From Nitrosopumilus sp. (GTDB lineage Archaea > Thermoproteota > Nitrososphaeria > Nitrososphaerales > Nitrosopumilaceae), in NCBI GenBank assembly GCA_965219345.1, contig OZ244732.1:1440001-1504000 (forward strand): a DNA stretch of 64,000 nucleotides. Direction: 5' to 3'. Of the stretch, positions 41,030-50,800 are shown one piece after another. Under the pieces are notes generated by a model, which searched no databases, was not told the origin of the DNA, and was given only the letters and a program-made list of their open reading frames with translations. The translations under genes were made by a program, and so were the position numbers. Position 1 is the stretch's first letter; every line of letters starts with the position of its first letter.

Positions 41030-41340
41030 ATTTTATTTAAAATAATCTCAACAGTTGATGTCATACTGCCAATACCTGCAGCTGATTCTGTATCTACAGT
41101 AATTTTTTTAACTTTAGAATTTCCTTTCATCATTTTTTCTGTAATTATGTTTGCAACTGCCACTGCATTTGGGATTGAATTTCCCTTTGCTTTAAGAATA
41201 ACTTGATTTTTACTTCCTAGTACAGATAAAACGTCGACAGCCAGTAACATTACTGGATCATTTCCAATATTTATGATGGCATCGTCAGACTTTTTGGTCT
41301 GCTCCTGACCATACTGTTCATTTAACTCGTCCATGAGCAT
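41026..41340 (-). CDS. Alba-like nucleic-acid-binding protein
   Basis: VILKAKGNSIPNAVAVA, STVEIIL. Confidence 0.8.
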   Translation of the reverse strand: MLMDELNEQYGQEQTKKSDDAIINIGNDPVMLLAVDVLSVLGSKNQVILKAKGNSIPNAVAVANIITEKMMKGNSKVKKITVDTESAAGIGSMTSTVEIILNKI

Positions 41341-41391
41341 TACTTAGCAATCAGCAATTTTTTGTTCTTTTAAGTTTTATCGACCATTGAT

Positions 41392-41883
41392 TCATTTTTC
41401 AAAATAATCAATTGGTATATTCTGGAAATCTCCATTTGGAAGTACTCTTCTGATCGTAATTGGTATTACTCTTTGTTCGAGTTCTTCCATTGAAATATCC
41501 AGCGAAATTCTTGCAGTTTTTGGAATTGGAATAAATGGTGGTGCTCCTAGAGACAACTGCAATGCTCTTGCGCCCATAATTCTTGCCTTTTCAAATCTTG
41601 TCAATGTTGGTGGCCCAATTGTGATTTTATTTTTTTCGCAAGGAATCTCTGCTGGGTCATGATCTTCTACCCTCTCAATAACTTCTCTATTTTCAATTTC
41701 TTTGATTTTGCTTTCAAGACTTTCTTGTTGTTTTTCAGTTAACGGCTCAACTAGATCTTTTCTATCAATTAATTTTCGATAAGTTTCTAGTGCCTTGTTT
41801 AATCCAGCATTTTCTTCTACTTCTGAATCAACAACTTCAGTTTCTGGAACTTCAACCAATTCAGTTTCTTTAGCTTTAGACAA
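41392..41883 (-). CDS. rpoK: RNA polymerase subunit K (Rpo6)
   Basis: LTRFEKARIMGARALQLSLGAP. Confidence 0.95.
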   Translation of the reverse strand: MSKAKETELVEVPETEVVDSEVEENAGLNKALETYRKLIDRKDLVEPLTEKQQESLESKIKEIENREVIERVEDHDPAEIPCEKNKITIGPPTLTRFEKARIMGARALQLSLGAPPFIPIPKTARISLDISMEELEQRVIPITIRRVLPNGDFQNIPIDYFEK

Positions 41884-42058
41884 GTAACGGAATTTTCTTA
41901 AAACGTTATTTAACTGCTCGTTTCAATAATTTTCATTTATTAAAATTATATATTTTATGCCTAGATTTACATGCTCTTCAAAGAATTAACCTCTTTACAC
42001 TATTCAATATACGGGTTCGGTTCAAATTACTGTAAACTCGAGACATGATTAAATTTTT

Positions 42059-42301
42059 ATGCCCTCTATTAAAAATGACTACATGACAAAATGCCATTAC
42101 TGTACAGCTATATTAAACAAAAGAACATCAGGTTCTGAAACGTATTGTATTGATTGTGCAAAATCTAGATTTGGTTACATAAACAAAATCAAGAGATCTG
42201 GTTTTAGACATTCGACAAACACCCAGACAGAAAGTGTGTTATTAGAAGAAATTTCAGAAAAAATTCAGGGTAAAAAATCATGGACTTTGAAAGAAAGTTG
42301 A
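42059..42301 (+). CDS. small Cys-motif hypothetical protein
   Basis: CHYC...CIDC. Confidence 0.45.
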   Translation: MPSIKNDYMTKCHYCTAILNKRTSGSETYCIDCAKSRFGYINKIKRSGFRHSTNTQTESVLLEEISEKIQGKKSWTLKES

Positions 42302-42462
42302 GTTGTCAAAAGAATTTTAAATTTTAGGTTTTAGGCTTTGGTCACATCGGAGATTGGATTATAATCTTCTCCATGTTAACTGTCAGTACTTTTGATGAGA
42401 CTGATGAGTTAACAAAACACTAAAACAAAAACTAAAAAACAGGCAGAAACCCATTCTTTGAC

Positions 42463-42699
42463 ATGAGAAAAAACCCACACCCAACATATGCCAAGATAGT
42501 CAGGGCGGTAAAATCAAGGAAGCTAAAAGAGCCGTTTTATCCAAATGACCTGGTAAAGGCGTGCCGCATTTCTGCAAGTGCCGCATCAAGGTATCCTTCC
42601 AGATACCGAAGGGGCAATCCGCAGAAAAAGCCAGTCTACTTTGTAAGGTCCAATGACGGCCGGTACAGGCTGGCCAGGCCATTCAAGTATGGCATGTGA
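42463..42699 (+). CDS. small basic hypothetical protein, possibly winged-helix
   Basis: 78 aa, Arg/Lys-rich. Confidence 0.5.
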   Translation: MRKNPHPTYAKIVRAVKSRKLKEPFYPNDLVKACRISASAASRYPSRYRRGNPQKKPVYFVRSNDGRYRLARPFKYGM

Positions 42700-42756
42700 T
42701 GCCGTTTTTGCGTCCTAAACCCGGGACATTTGGGTTAGTGTTGCGCTGTACATCTT

Positions 42757-42856
42757 GGGGTTTTCAGTGCCGTTACATTCGGGGTTTTCAGTGCCGTTAC
42801 ATTCGGGGTTTTCAGTGCCGTTACATTCGGGGTTTTCAGTGCCGTTACACTCGGGG
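42757..42856. repeat. tandem 24-bp repeat x4
   Basis: GGGGTTTTCAGTGCCGTTACATTC three times exact, fourth with one mismatch. Confidence 0.95.
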
Positions 42857-43310
42857 TCTGGTGTCACGTATGGAGATAGGCATTTTATGAAATTAGAGAC
42901 GATAGTGATTCCCAACTTGTTGACACAACTCAGTTTGAAGTCCGGATATTGGCAAGTCGGGAATCTTATCTGAATATGAACAGCTTTGCCAGTAATCTTA
43001 TCTTTGGTTTTCTCCATGCACTCATCAATAAAGGATTCTACAATATCCATTCCAGTTCCGGTTGTTCCACTAATTGCACAAATGGTACCAGGCCGTGTGC
43101 GGTAATAGTGCCATGCAGTAAATCATGCTCCTTTAGGCACATACAGTTAAAATGATAATCTTTCTGATCCATGTCTTTTAATTTTTCATTCTCTTTTTGG
43201 CGTGGAATCGTTGTTTGATTTCTTGATGCCTTATGACAATCAAGTAGAATTTCTAAACTGATCTGCTTGTCATTCAATAATGAAGGCAATTATTTCTTAT
43301 TCATAAATAC

Positions 43311-43603
43311 GGTTCCGGCAAATTCTGGTGATTTACACCATAAATCATCAGACATGGTTCTTCTCCGAAGTTTACTGCAACCGCATCATACCAACGTTCA
43401 GAAAATAAATCATCAGACATGGTTCTTCCCCGAACCGCTCTTTGAAATCCTGGGATAACCAGTACCTGTAACTTTCTCGAAATATCCATCACAACCCTGC
43501 TGTGATAACTCCCTTTGAGCCATCACATAAACTTGGCACAAAACTGCAAAGTGCAATTCAGAGAAGATCCATATTTCACTCATCACCAGAATTTGCCAGA
43601 TCC
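43311..43603. mobile_element. IS6-related MITE (293 bp)
   Basis: Ends GGTTCCGGCAAATTCTGGTGAT / ATCACCAGAATTTGCCAGATCC (20/22); subterminal AGAAGATCCATATTTC shared with the IS6 right end; related end at 62271-62321. Confidence 0.8.
43340..43434. repeat. 30-bp direct repeat with 35-bp spacer
   Basis: ATAAATCATCAGACATGGTTCTTC(T/C)CCGAA at 43340-43369 and 43405-43434. Confidence 0.9.
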
Positions 43604-43611
43604 TCCTAAAA

Positions 43612-44997
43612 TTGAACACTCATTTTGACCGCTATTCTTTTATCCGGCTATGTAATCGTAGATTATTGAATTTTAGCAATAAACTGACAATTCCAGTCAT
43701 TGTGGTTGCAGCATTGGTTCTGTTGGGGCTGGCAGCTTTGTCCATGGTGGTCATGCCGTACTCTGCAACTGACAGCCCGCAGACTGAGCCTGCGGCAACT
43801 CTATACGACCCCGCTGTTTCAGTTTCAGACATCAAGACAAATTCTGGCAACATGACAGAACATGCTGCAATTCCCAAAGACATTGTCACGGGCAACAACG
43901 ACTTTGCAGTAGACTTTTACAGGCAGATATCAGACAACGACAACAACATCTTCTTCTCACCTACAAGCATGTACATGGCATTCTCCATGCTATACGAGGG
44001 AGCGCGTGAAAATACGGCACAGCAGATTCAGCAGGTCTTCGGATTTGATCCCAACGAGGCCCTGCGTCACAACGCCACTGCGCACATAATGGCATCTGTC
44101 AATCAGGACGACCCGCATGTAACGCTTAACCTGGCAAATGCCATCTGGATTGCCGACTGGTTTGCCCCGTACGACTCATACACTGACATAATACGCAACA
44201 CATACCTTGCAAGTGCGGAAAAGGTCGATTTTATGGATAAGAATGACGGCATAAAGAGGATAAACAAATGGGCATCAGAGAACACTCAGGGCAAGATTGA
44301 CAAAGTAATCATAAAAAAAGATGTCAACAAGGACACCGCAATGGTGATCAACAGCGCCATATACTTCAAGGGAACGTGGCTGACGCAGTTTCCTGCAGAG
44401 GACACAAAGAAATCCGACTTTTACGGTAACGGTGCTGAGAGTACAAGCACAGACTTTATGAACGTGCATAACATGTTTGACTATTCCAGCATGGATGGTG
44501 TCCAGGTGCTCAGGATGCCGTACGACGGGGGCCGACTCTCGATGCTGATCCTGCTGCCGCACGACGCAGACGGGATACGGCAGCTTGAAGAGACTCTATC
44601 AGCAGGGCAGATAGAGCGATGGATGGCAGGCCTGAGAAACCAGGAAGTCACAGTGTCGGTTCCAAAGTTTGAGACCCGTGTAAATTATAAACTGAATGAG
44701 TTACTCATTGCCATGGGCATGGAAGACGCCTTTAACCCACGCAGTGCCAACCTGACTGGCATAGCAAAGGTGGAACCGGACAGAAATCTGTACGTTGACA
44801 AGGCATCTCAGGACGCATACGTAAAGGTAAACGAGGAGGGAACAGAGGCCGCAGCTGTGACTACCATAGTGGTTATAGCAGAGAGTCTGCCACCCCCACC
44901 ACCAAGATTTATCGCAGATCATCCATTCATCTTTATCATACAGGACGATGAGAACGGCACCATCCTGTTCATGGGAAGGGTGTCAGACCCGTCATAG
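43612..44997 (+). CDS. secreted or membrane-anchored serpin
   Basis: NIFFSP, IYFKGTW, NEEGTEAAA hinge, FIADHPFIF; true start probably near 43667. Confidence 0.96.
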   Translation: MNTHFDRYSFIRLCNRRLLNFSNKLTIPVIVVAALVLLGLAALSMVVMPYSATDSPQTEPAATLYDPAVSVSDIKTNSGNMTEHAAIPKDIVTGNNDFAVDFYRQISDNDNNIFFSPTSMYMAFSMLYEGARENTAQQIQQVFGFDPNEALRHNATAHIMASVNQDDPHVTLNLANAIWIADWFAPYDSYTDIIRNTYLASAEKVDFMDKNDGIKRINKWASENTQGKIDKVIIKKDVNKDTAMVINSAIYFKGTWLTQFPAEDTKKSDFYGNGAESTSTDFMNVHNMFDYSSMDGVQVLRMPYDGGRLSMLILLPHDADGIRQLEETLSAGQIERWMAGLRNQEVTVSVPKFETRVNYKLNELLIAMGMEDAFNPRSANLTGIAKVEPDRNLYVDKASQDAYVKVNEEGTEAAAVTTIVVIAESLPPPPPRFIADHPFIFIIQDDENGTILFMGRVSDPS

Positions 44998-45336
44998 GCG
45001 GGCCCATCCATTAGTTAGTGGCTCGTGTAAGTACATGCACAATTTGGATTGTGGTGCATATTCTCTACTACTCCATTGGCTTTGTACCATTCAATCTGTT
45101 CAGTCTGTGATTGACAGGCCGCCATTTTTGTGGATCTAGGTAATCCTTGTATCTTCATAGGATCTGGTTCTCCCTGAAAAATGTCGGGAGCTTTAATTTT
45201 GAGACTTTTGTATCTATTTCTAACTCGGGTTCTCCCATACGAAATCGTCTCTTATCTACTGCGGGCCATTCTCAGTGTGCTTTGCTGAATCAGGACATCT
45301 CTGATTTGTCTTGCATCTTCTTATACTTTCTTTGCG

Positions 45337-46362
45337 TCAGCTCATGATTCTGTGTGCGGTATTTTCCATGTTTGTTAGCATGTACCAGATTATCTCAAGC
45401 ATCTGCCTTGCAGCAGCTGCTATCCTTGCCTTTTGTTTTCCTCTCCTTTTTGCAATTCTCAAGTAAAATGATTCCATCCTTGGATCAAATCGTATCGTAG
45501 TATTTGCAGCCTCTACCTTGCATTGCGCAACCATGCAGAACCCCGTTTTGTTATTCCGCCTCCTTTTTGTGTCTTCCCCACTGTCCCTGTGCGATGGTGC
45601 AAGTCCCGCATATGAGACGAGTTTCTCTGCTGTTGCAAATCTGTTAATGTCAGCTATCTCTGAGATTATTGTCAGTGCCGTGACATAGCTTATTCCAGGG
45701 ATTGTCATGACTAACCTTGTTCTTTCATCCTCGTTGCTAATTGTAGCAATTTTTGTCTCAAATGTGCCAATCTGTTTTTGATTCATATTGATATTTTCAA
45801 GATATGCATCCATTGCCATCCTGTCAACTTCGGTCAGATTGATTTCATGCAGCCATCCGTTCCTTTCTGTGAGAAGGTCTTTATTGTCGGTTGGGTGTAA
45901 TCGTATTTTGCAAGTATTGCATAAATCATGTTTTTGTGTTTTGAGACACTTTGTACACGATTCAGTCTTGTTCTTACCAGACCGCAGATCCCGGTAGTAT
46001 TTTTCTGGCACAAATGACTCATACACCATCATGTCCGATCTTAGCAGGTCCGCCAATACGTCTGAATCAAGCTTGTCGTTTTTGAGTTTTGCCTGTGCTA
46101 TTATCTTGGTCTTTGCAGGGTGTGCAAGAACGGTGTCAATGCCGTTATCCTCTAATGTGTCATGCAGTCTAATCCAATAGTTGGCAGTTGATTCACACGC
46201 AGCCTGTATGTCTTTACCATATGTCTTTTTGATGTGTTTGATAAAACCCATCATTCCATGTGTGGTGTTCTCAAAGCTTGACTGTTCTAGCTTTTTTCTA
46301 GTATCTTTTTTTATTGTTGCAACGCAGTTTTTCTTATGAACGTCAATTCCTATGCTGATCAT
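45337..46362 (-). mobile_element. IS110-family recombinase, degenerate
   Basis: IGIDVHK, CEST, KNDKLD, YAGLAP..RDSG; internal compensating frameshifts; Shine-Dalgarno AAAGGAGGTG upstream. Confidence 0.88.
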
Positions 46363-46728
46363 GTTATCACCTCCTTTCTGATCAAATTGCCTGATAAAGC
46401 GGAATGCTCCCATTCACCATCATCATCTGTGTGTGGTATTTTGTTTTCCGCTCACTTTGAGTCAGTCTGTCAAACGCCCTTGTACATGACAGTAACCCTT
46501 CGACTCTCAGGCCCAATAGTAACAATACATCACAGGATATAGAAAAGATTTCGCATAACGTCTGTCAACTTGATGAGGTTTGACCGGGATTTTTCTCGGT
46601 GTCAACTTGCCACAAATAAAATAAAATTGTATCTTGTATTTCAACATCAGTCATTGTGCTTTTAACCAATGGTACTCAAATGATACTATTCTTAGATAGT
46701 CTTCAAGTATCGTGGTTTTGGGAATAGT

Positions 46729-47145
46729 GTGTCCAAAGCAGAATCGGGAATCATTGCACTTTGTGGAGATTCACCACGTATGAGAATGATTGAATTTTTC
46801 ATGCAATTCCCAAAAAATGAATTTACTGTGCCTGAATTAATTGAGGGAATTGGTATGAGTAAAACTACTGCGTTCAAAGAAGTTTACAAACTAAAACACA
46901 ATGATATGGTTAAACAGTCAGGAAACATTGGAAAATCCCCCACATACAAAATCAATCTAAACAGTCCAATAGTGTACTCTATGCAAAAATTAGTTAGTCA
47001 CAGAAGTAAAAAAATTGCAGACTCACAACCGCTGAGAACACACAGAGTCTTACTTAGACAACGCATAGAATCATTGTACAACAGAGAGTTAATGTTGAAA
47101 AATGAACTCAAAATAGTACGTACCAGAATTAAAGATAGAACATAA
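46729..47145 (+). CDS. winged-helix DNA-binding protein
   Basis: SPRMRMIEFF, FTVPEL..GMSKTTAF, IGKSPTYKIN. Confidence 0.8.
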   Translation: MSKAESGIIALCGDSPRMRMIEFFMQFPKNEFTVPELIEGIGMSKTTAFKEVYKLKHNDMVKQSGNIGKSPTYKINLNSPIVYSMQKLVSHRSKKIADSQPLRTHRVLLRQRIESLYNRELMLKNELKIVRTRIKDRT

Positions 47146-47278
47146 ACACATGCACAAAGACAAAATACTCGAAATATATCATGATGAGTGCCTGAATCCC
47201 CACGAGAGTGGGAGAACCTTGGAATCATGATATGCGGACACCGAAATTATAATCTTGGTAACGAGCAATATGACAAAG

Positions 47279-47634
47279 GGTTCTGTGTAATCTTCGGTAC
47301 TTGAGAAATATGGATCTTCTAAGGATTCATTCAGTAGTCTTGTTTAGTGAGGCATTTTGTATGATCGTCTTCCATTTGTTCTTACCGTCTACTTCAATTA
47401 GTGAGGCTTGAGCAGGGGTCTTGCCTTTCTTTAACTCAATTTTATTTTTGGATTCTGTTGCAACCCCAACACTATCGTATCCACGATATTCCATTCTTTT
47501 TAATCCCTTTACAATGATGGGCGCGGCAATCTTCTTTCCGTAGTAACCAATAATTGAACACATAGCTATCCTCCTTGATATTTTGGGGTTATTTACTGAT
47601 AAGCCTATTTTTTTGATTCTTCTGTTGAAGAACC
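47279..47634 (-). mobile_element. IS6 right-end fragment fused to the 5' end of glmS
   Basis: 47279-47429 matches the reverse complement of about 11150-11300; 47430-47563 encodes [23 protein letters not shown]; possible second end AGAACC at 47629-47634. Confidence 0.85.
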
Positions 47635-47749
47635 TTGCATGGGGACTGAGCTGCCGTACCGCGTCTTGGCCTGCAACTGCTGCCACAGGGCCCGTGTGAT
47701 TCCTTGTGTTGTTTTGCTGATGATTTCCATGAGTCCTGTCAGCTGGAAT

Positions 47750-47823
47750 TTTATATATATGAGCATTAACTACCATTTTTTGTGAGCATCAACAGAATAA
47801 CGGGGGGGGGGGGGTGTGTGTGA
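47750..47823 (+). promoter_or_regulatory. TATA box, candidate leaderless GTG and G13 slippage tract
   Basis: TTTATATA at 47750, GTG at 47782, G13 at 47802-47814, in-frame TGA at 47821. Confidence 0.7.
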
Positions 47824-50800
47824 AAATAAAGAGATGGAGAGAATTTCCTTTGTTATTTTAATTTCCACGCTGATGTTGGCCTCTTTGTCCATTGTTCCGG
47901 CACATGCGGCGGAGCACCCGACAATCATCGCAGCTTCTGTGACCTCGGCTACCAGCATAGTCCTGACGTACAGCGAGAACGTTGACGTCAACGCCACGGA
48001 CGGCGCAGGATTTGGCCTCTCTGACGGGGGAAAAGTGACGGCAAACACCGATCCCGCGGGTTCGGGCAACACCATAACCCTTACGGTCTCCGGCATTACC
48101 AACACATCCGATACTCCGGATGTGACTTATATCGAATCTGATGGCACCGTGGCAGACGGCGCATCAAACCCGGCAGCGAGCCAGATCTTTACCGGCACAG
48201 TAGATGATGCGCCGCCAACCGTGTCCTCCATTGCAACTTCCAGTGCATCGACAATTGATATCGTACTGTCCGAGAACGTCACAGTAAACGGTGCGGCACC
48301 AGGAGACTTTGTGCTGTCTGGCACCATATCCACAGACCCGACCGTGACTGGAATCACGGCCGCTGCAGACACGGTCACCCTTTCCCTTAACGATACGCTT
48401 GATGGCGATGATGTCATCAGACTGGCATACACCAGAACCATGAGCAGCATAGATGACATTTCTCTCACGTCCTTTGTCGACTCTTTCTCAGTGAAGGCAA
48501 TAGAAGACGAAGATCCGCGAAGCCTGGCCTTCTCTGGTGACGGATATAAGATATTTATTTTGGATGGTATTGCCGATGCCGTACACGAGTACACGCTAAC
48601 CGCCCCATTTGACATATCCAATGCCGCCCCTGTCAGCTCTTTCTCAGTGGCATCAGAAGACGAAGATCCGCGAGGCCTGGCCTTCTCTGGCGACGGAACA
48701 AAGATGTTTGTCGTGGGTACTTTTGACGATGGTGATGTACACGAGTACGCGCTAGCCGTCCCCTTTAACATATCCGATGCCACCTCTGCCAATTCCTTCT
48801 CAACGAGATCACAAGACTCATACCCGCGAAGCCTGGCCTTCTCTGGCGACGGAACAAAGATGTTTGTCGTAGATAGTATTGGTAAGGACGTAAACGAGTA
48901 CACGCTAACCGCCCCATTTGACATATCCAATGCCACCTTTGTCGACTCTTTCTCACTGGTGCCATCAAACGTAACATTCCCACAGGGTTTGACCTTCTCT
49001 AATGACGGAACAAGGATGTTTGTTGTAGATAGTAATAGTAACGATGTACACGAGTACGCGCTAACCGCCCCCTTTGACGTATCGACCGCCACCTTTGTCG
49101 ACTCTTTCTCACTGGTGCCATCAAACATAGCATTCCCACAGGGTTTGACCTTCTCTAATGACGGAACAAGGATGTTTGTTACGGATTTTGATACCTCTGA
49201 CGTATACGAGTACGCGTTATCAAAGCCATTTACGCTATTCCCGCAGCCAAACTCCCTTGACAGCTTTGTGACAACCCTGGTCACAAACAACATTGTTCCG
49301 CCAACAATCACCGCGGCTGCCGTGACTTCCCTTACCGAGATAGTCCTGACGTACAGCGAGAACGTTGACGTCACAACCACAAACGGCGAAGGATTCACCC
49401 TATCTGTCGGAACGGTGACGGCAAACACCGATCCCGCGGGTTCGGACGACACCATAACCCTTACCGTCTCTGGCATCACAACATCCGATGCTCCAGTTAT
49501 AACTTACATCGCTCCACCTGGCACCGTGGTTGACGCGGAATCAAACCCGGCAGCAGACCAGACCTTTACCGGTACAACCGATGACGCGCCGCCAATCGTG
49601 TTCTCCATTGCAACTTCCAACATGTCGGCAATTGACATCGTGCTGTCCGAAGACGTCACAGTCAGCTCCGTGGCACCGGAAGACTTTGTGCTGTCCAGCA
49701 CCATATCCACAGACCCTACCGTGACCGGAATCACGGCCCTTAACGACACGGTCACCCTTTCCCTTAACGACACGCTTGCCCATAATGATGTCATCAGCCT
49801 GGCATACAACAAAGCCACGGGCAGCATAGATGACATTCTTGCTCCTCCGTCCTTTGTCGGCTCTTTCTCGGTGGCTTCACAAGACAACACTCCGACAGGC
49901 CTGGCCTTCTCTGATGACGGAACAAAGATGTTTGTCGTAGGTCTTACCGGCACTGACATAAACGAGTACGCGCTAACCGCCCCATTTGACATATCCAATG
50001 CCGACTTTGTCGACTCTTTCTCAGTAGGCTCACAAGAGGCATTCCCGGCAGACCTGGCCTTCTCTGCTAACGGAACAAAGATGTTTGTCATAGGTCTTGC
50101 CGGCAATGACATAAACAAGTACACGCTAACCGCCCCATTTGACGTATCCACTGCCTCCTTTGTCGACTCTTTCCAAGTATCTCAAACGGATATATCCCCG
50201 CGGAGCCTGGCCTTCTCCAACGACGGAACAAAGATGTTTGTTCTGGATATTTTCGGCGGTGACAGTTACGTAAACGAGTACACGCTAAATGGCCCCTTTG
50301 ACGTATCCACTTCCTCCTTTGTCGACTCTTTCTCAGTGGCATCACACGCACCATCCCCGCAGGGTCTGGCTTTCTCTGATGACGGAACCAAGATGTTTGT
50401 TTCGTCTTCTGACAACGATGCCGTAATCAAGTACGCATTAACCGCCCCCTTTGACGTGTCCACTGCCTCCTTTGTCGACTCTTTCTCCGTGTCATCACAG
50501 GGATTCGCCCTGACAGCCCTGGCCTTCTCTGATGACGGAACAAGGATGTTTGTTCTGGAAAATGACAGCAATGCCGTATACGAGTACGCGCTGTCAGAGC
50601 CATTTACGCTATTCCCGCAGCCAAACTCGCTTGCCAGCTTTGCGGCAATGTCGGTCACAAACAACATTGTACCGCTAGACACCGTTCCACCAACAATCAC
50701 CGCGGCTGCCGTGACCTCCCTTACCGAGATAGTCCTGACGTACAGCGAGGACATAGACGTCACAACCACAAACGGCGCGGGATTCACCCTATCTGTCGGA

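Noticed and set aside
42757-42856. CRISPR array
   Set aside because: Units are head-to-tail with no spacers
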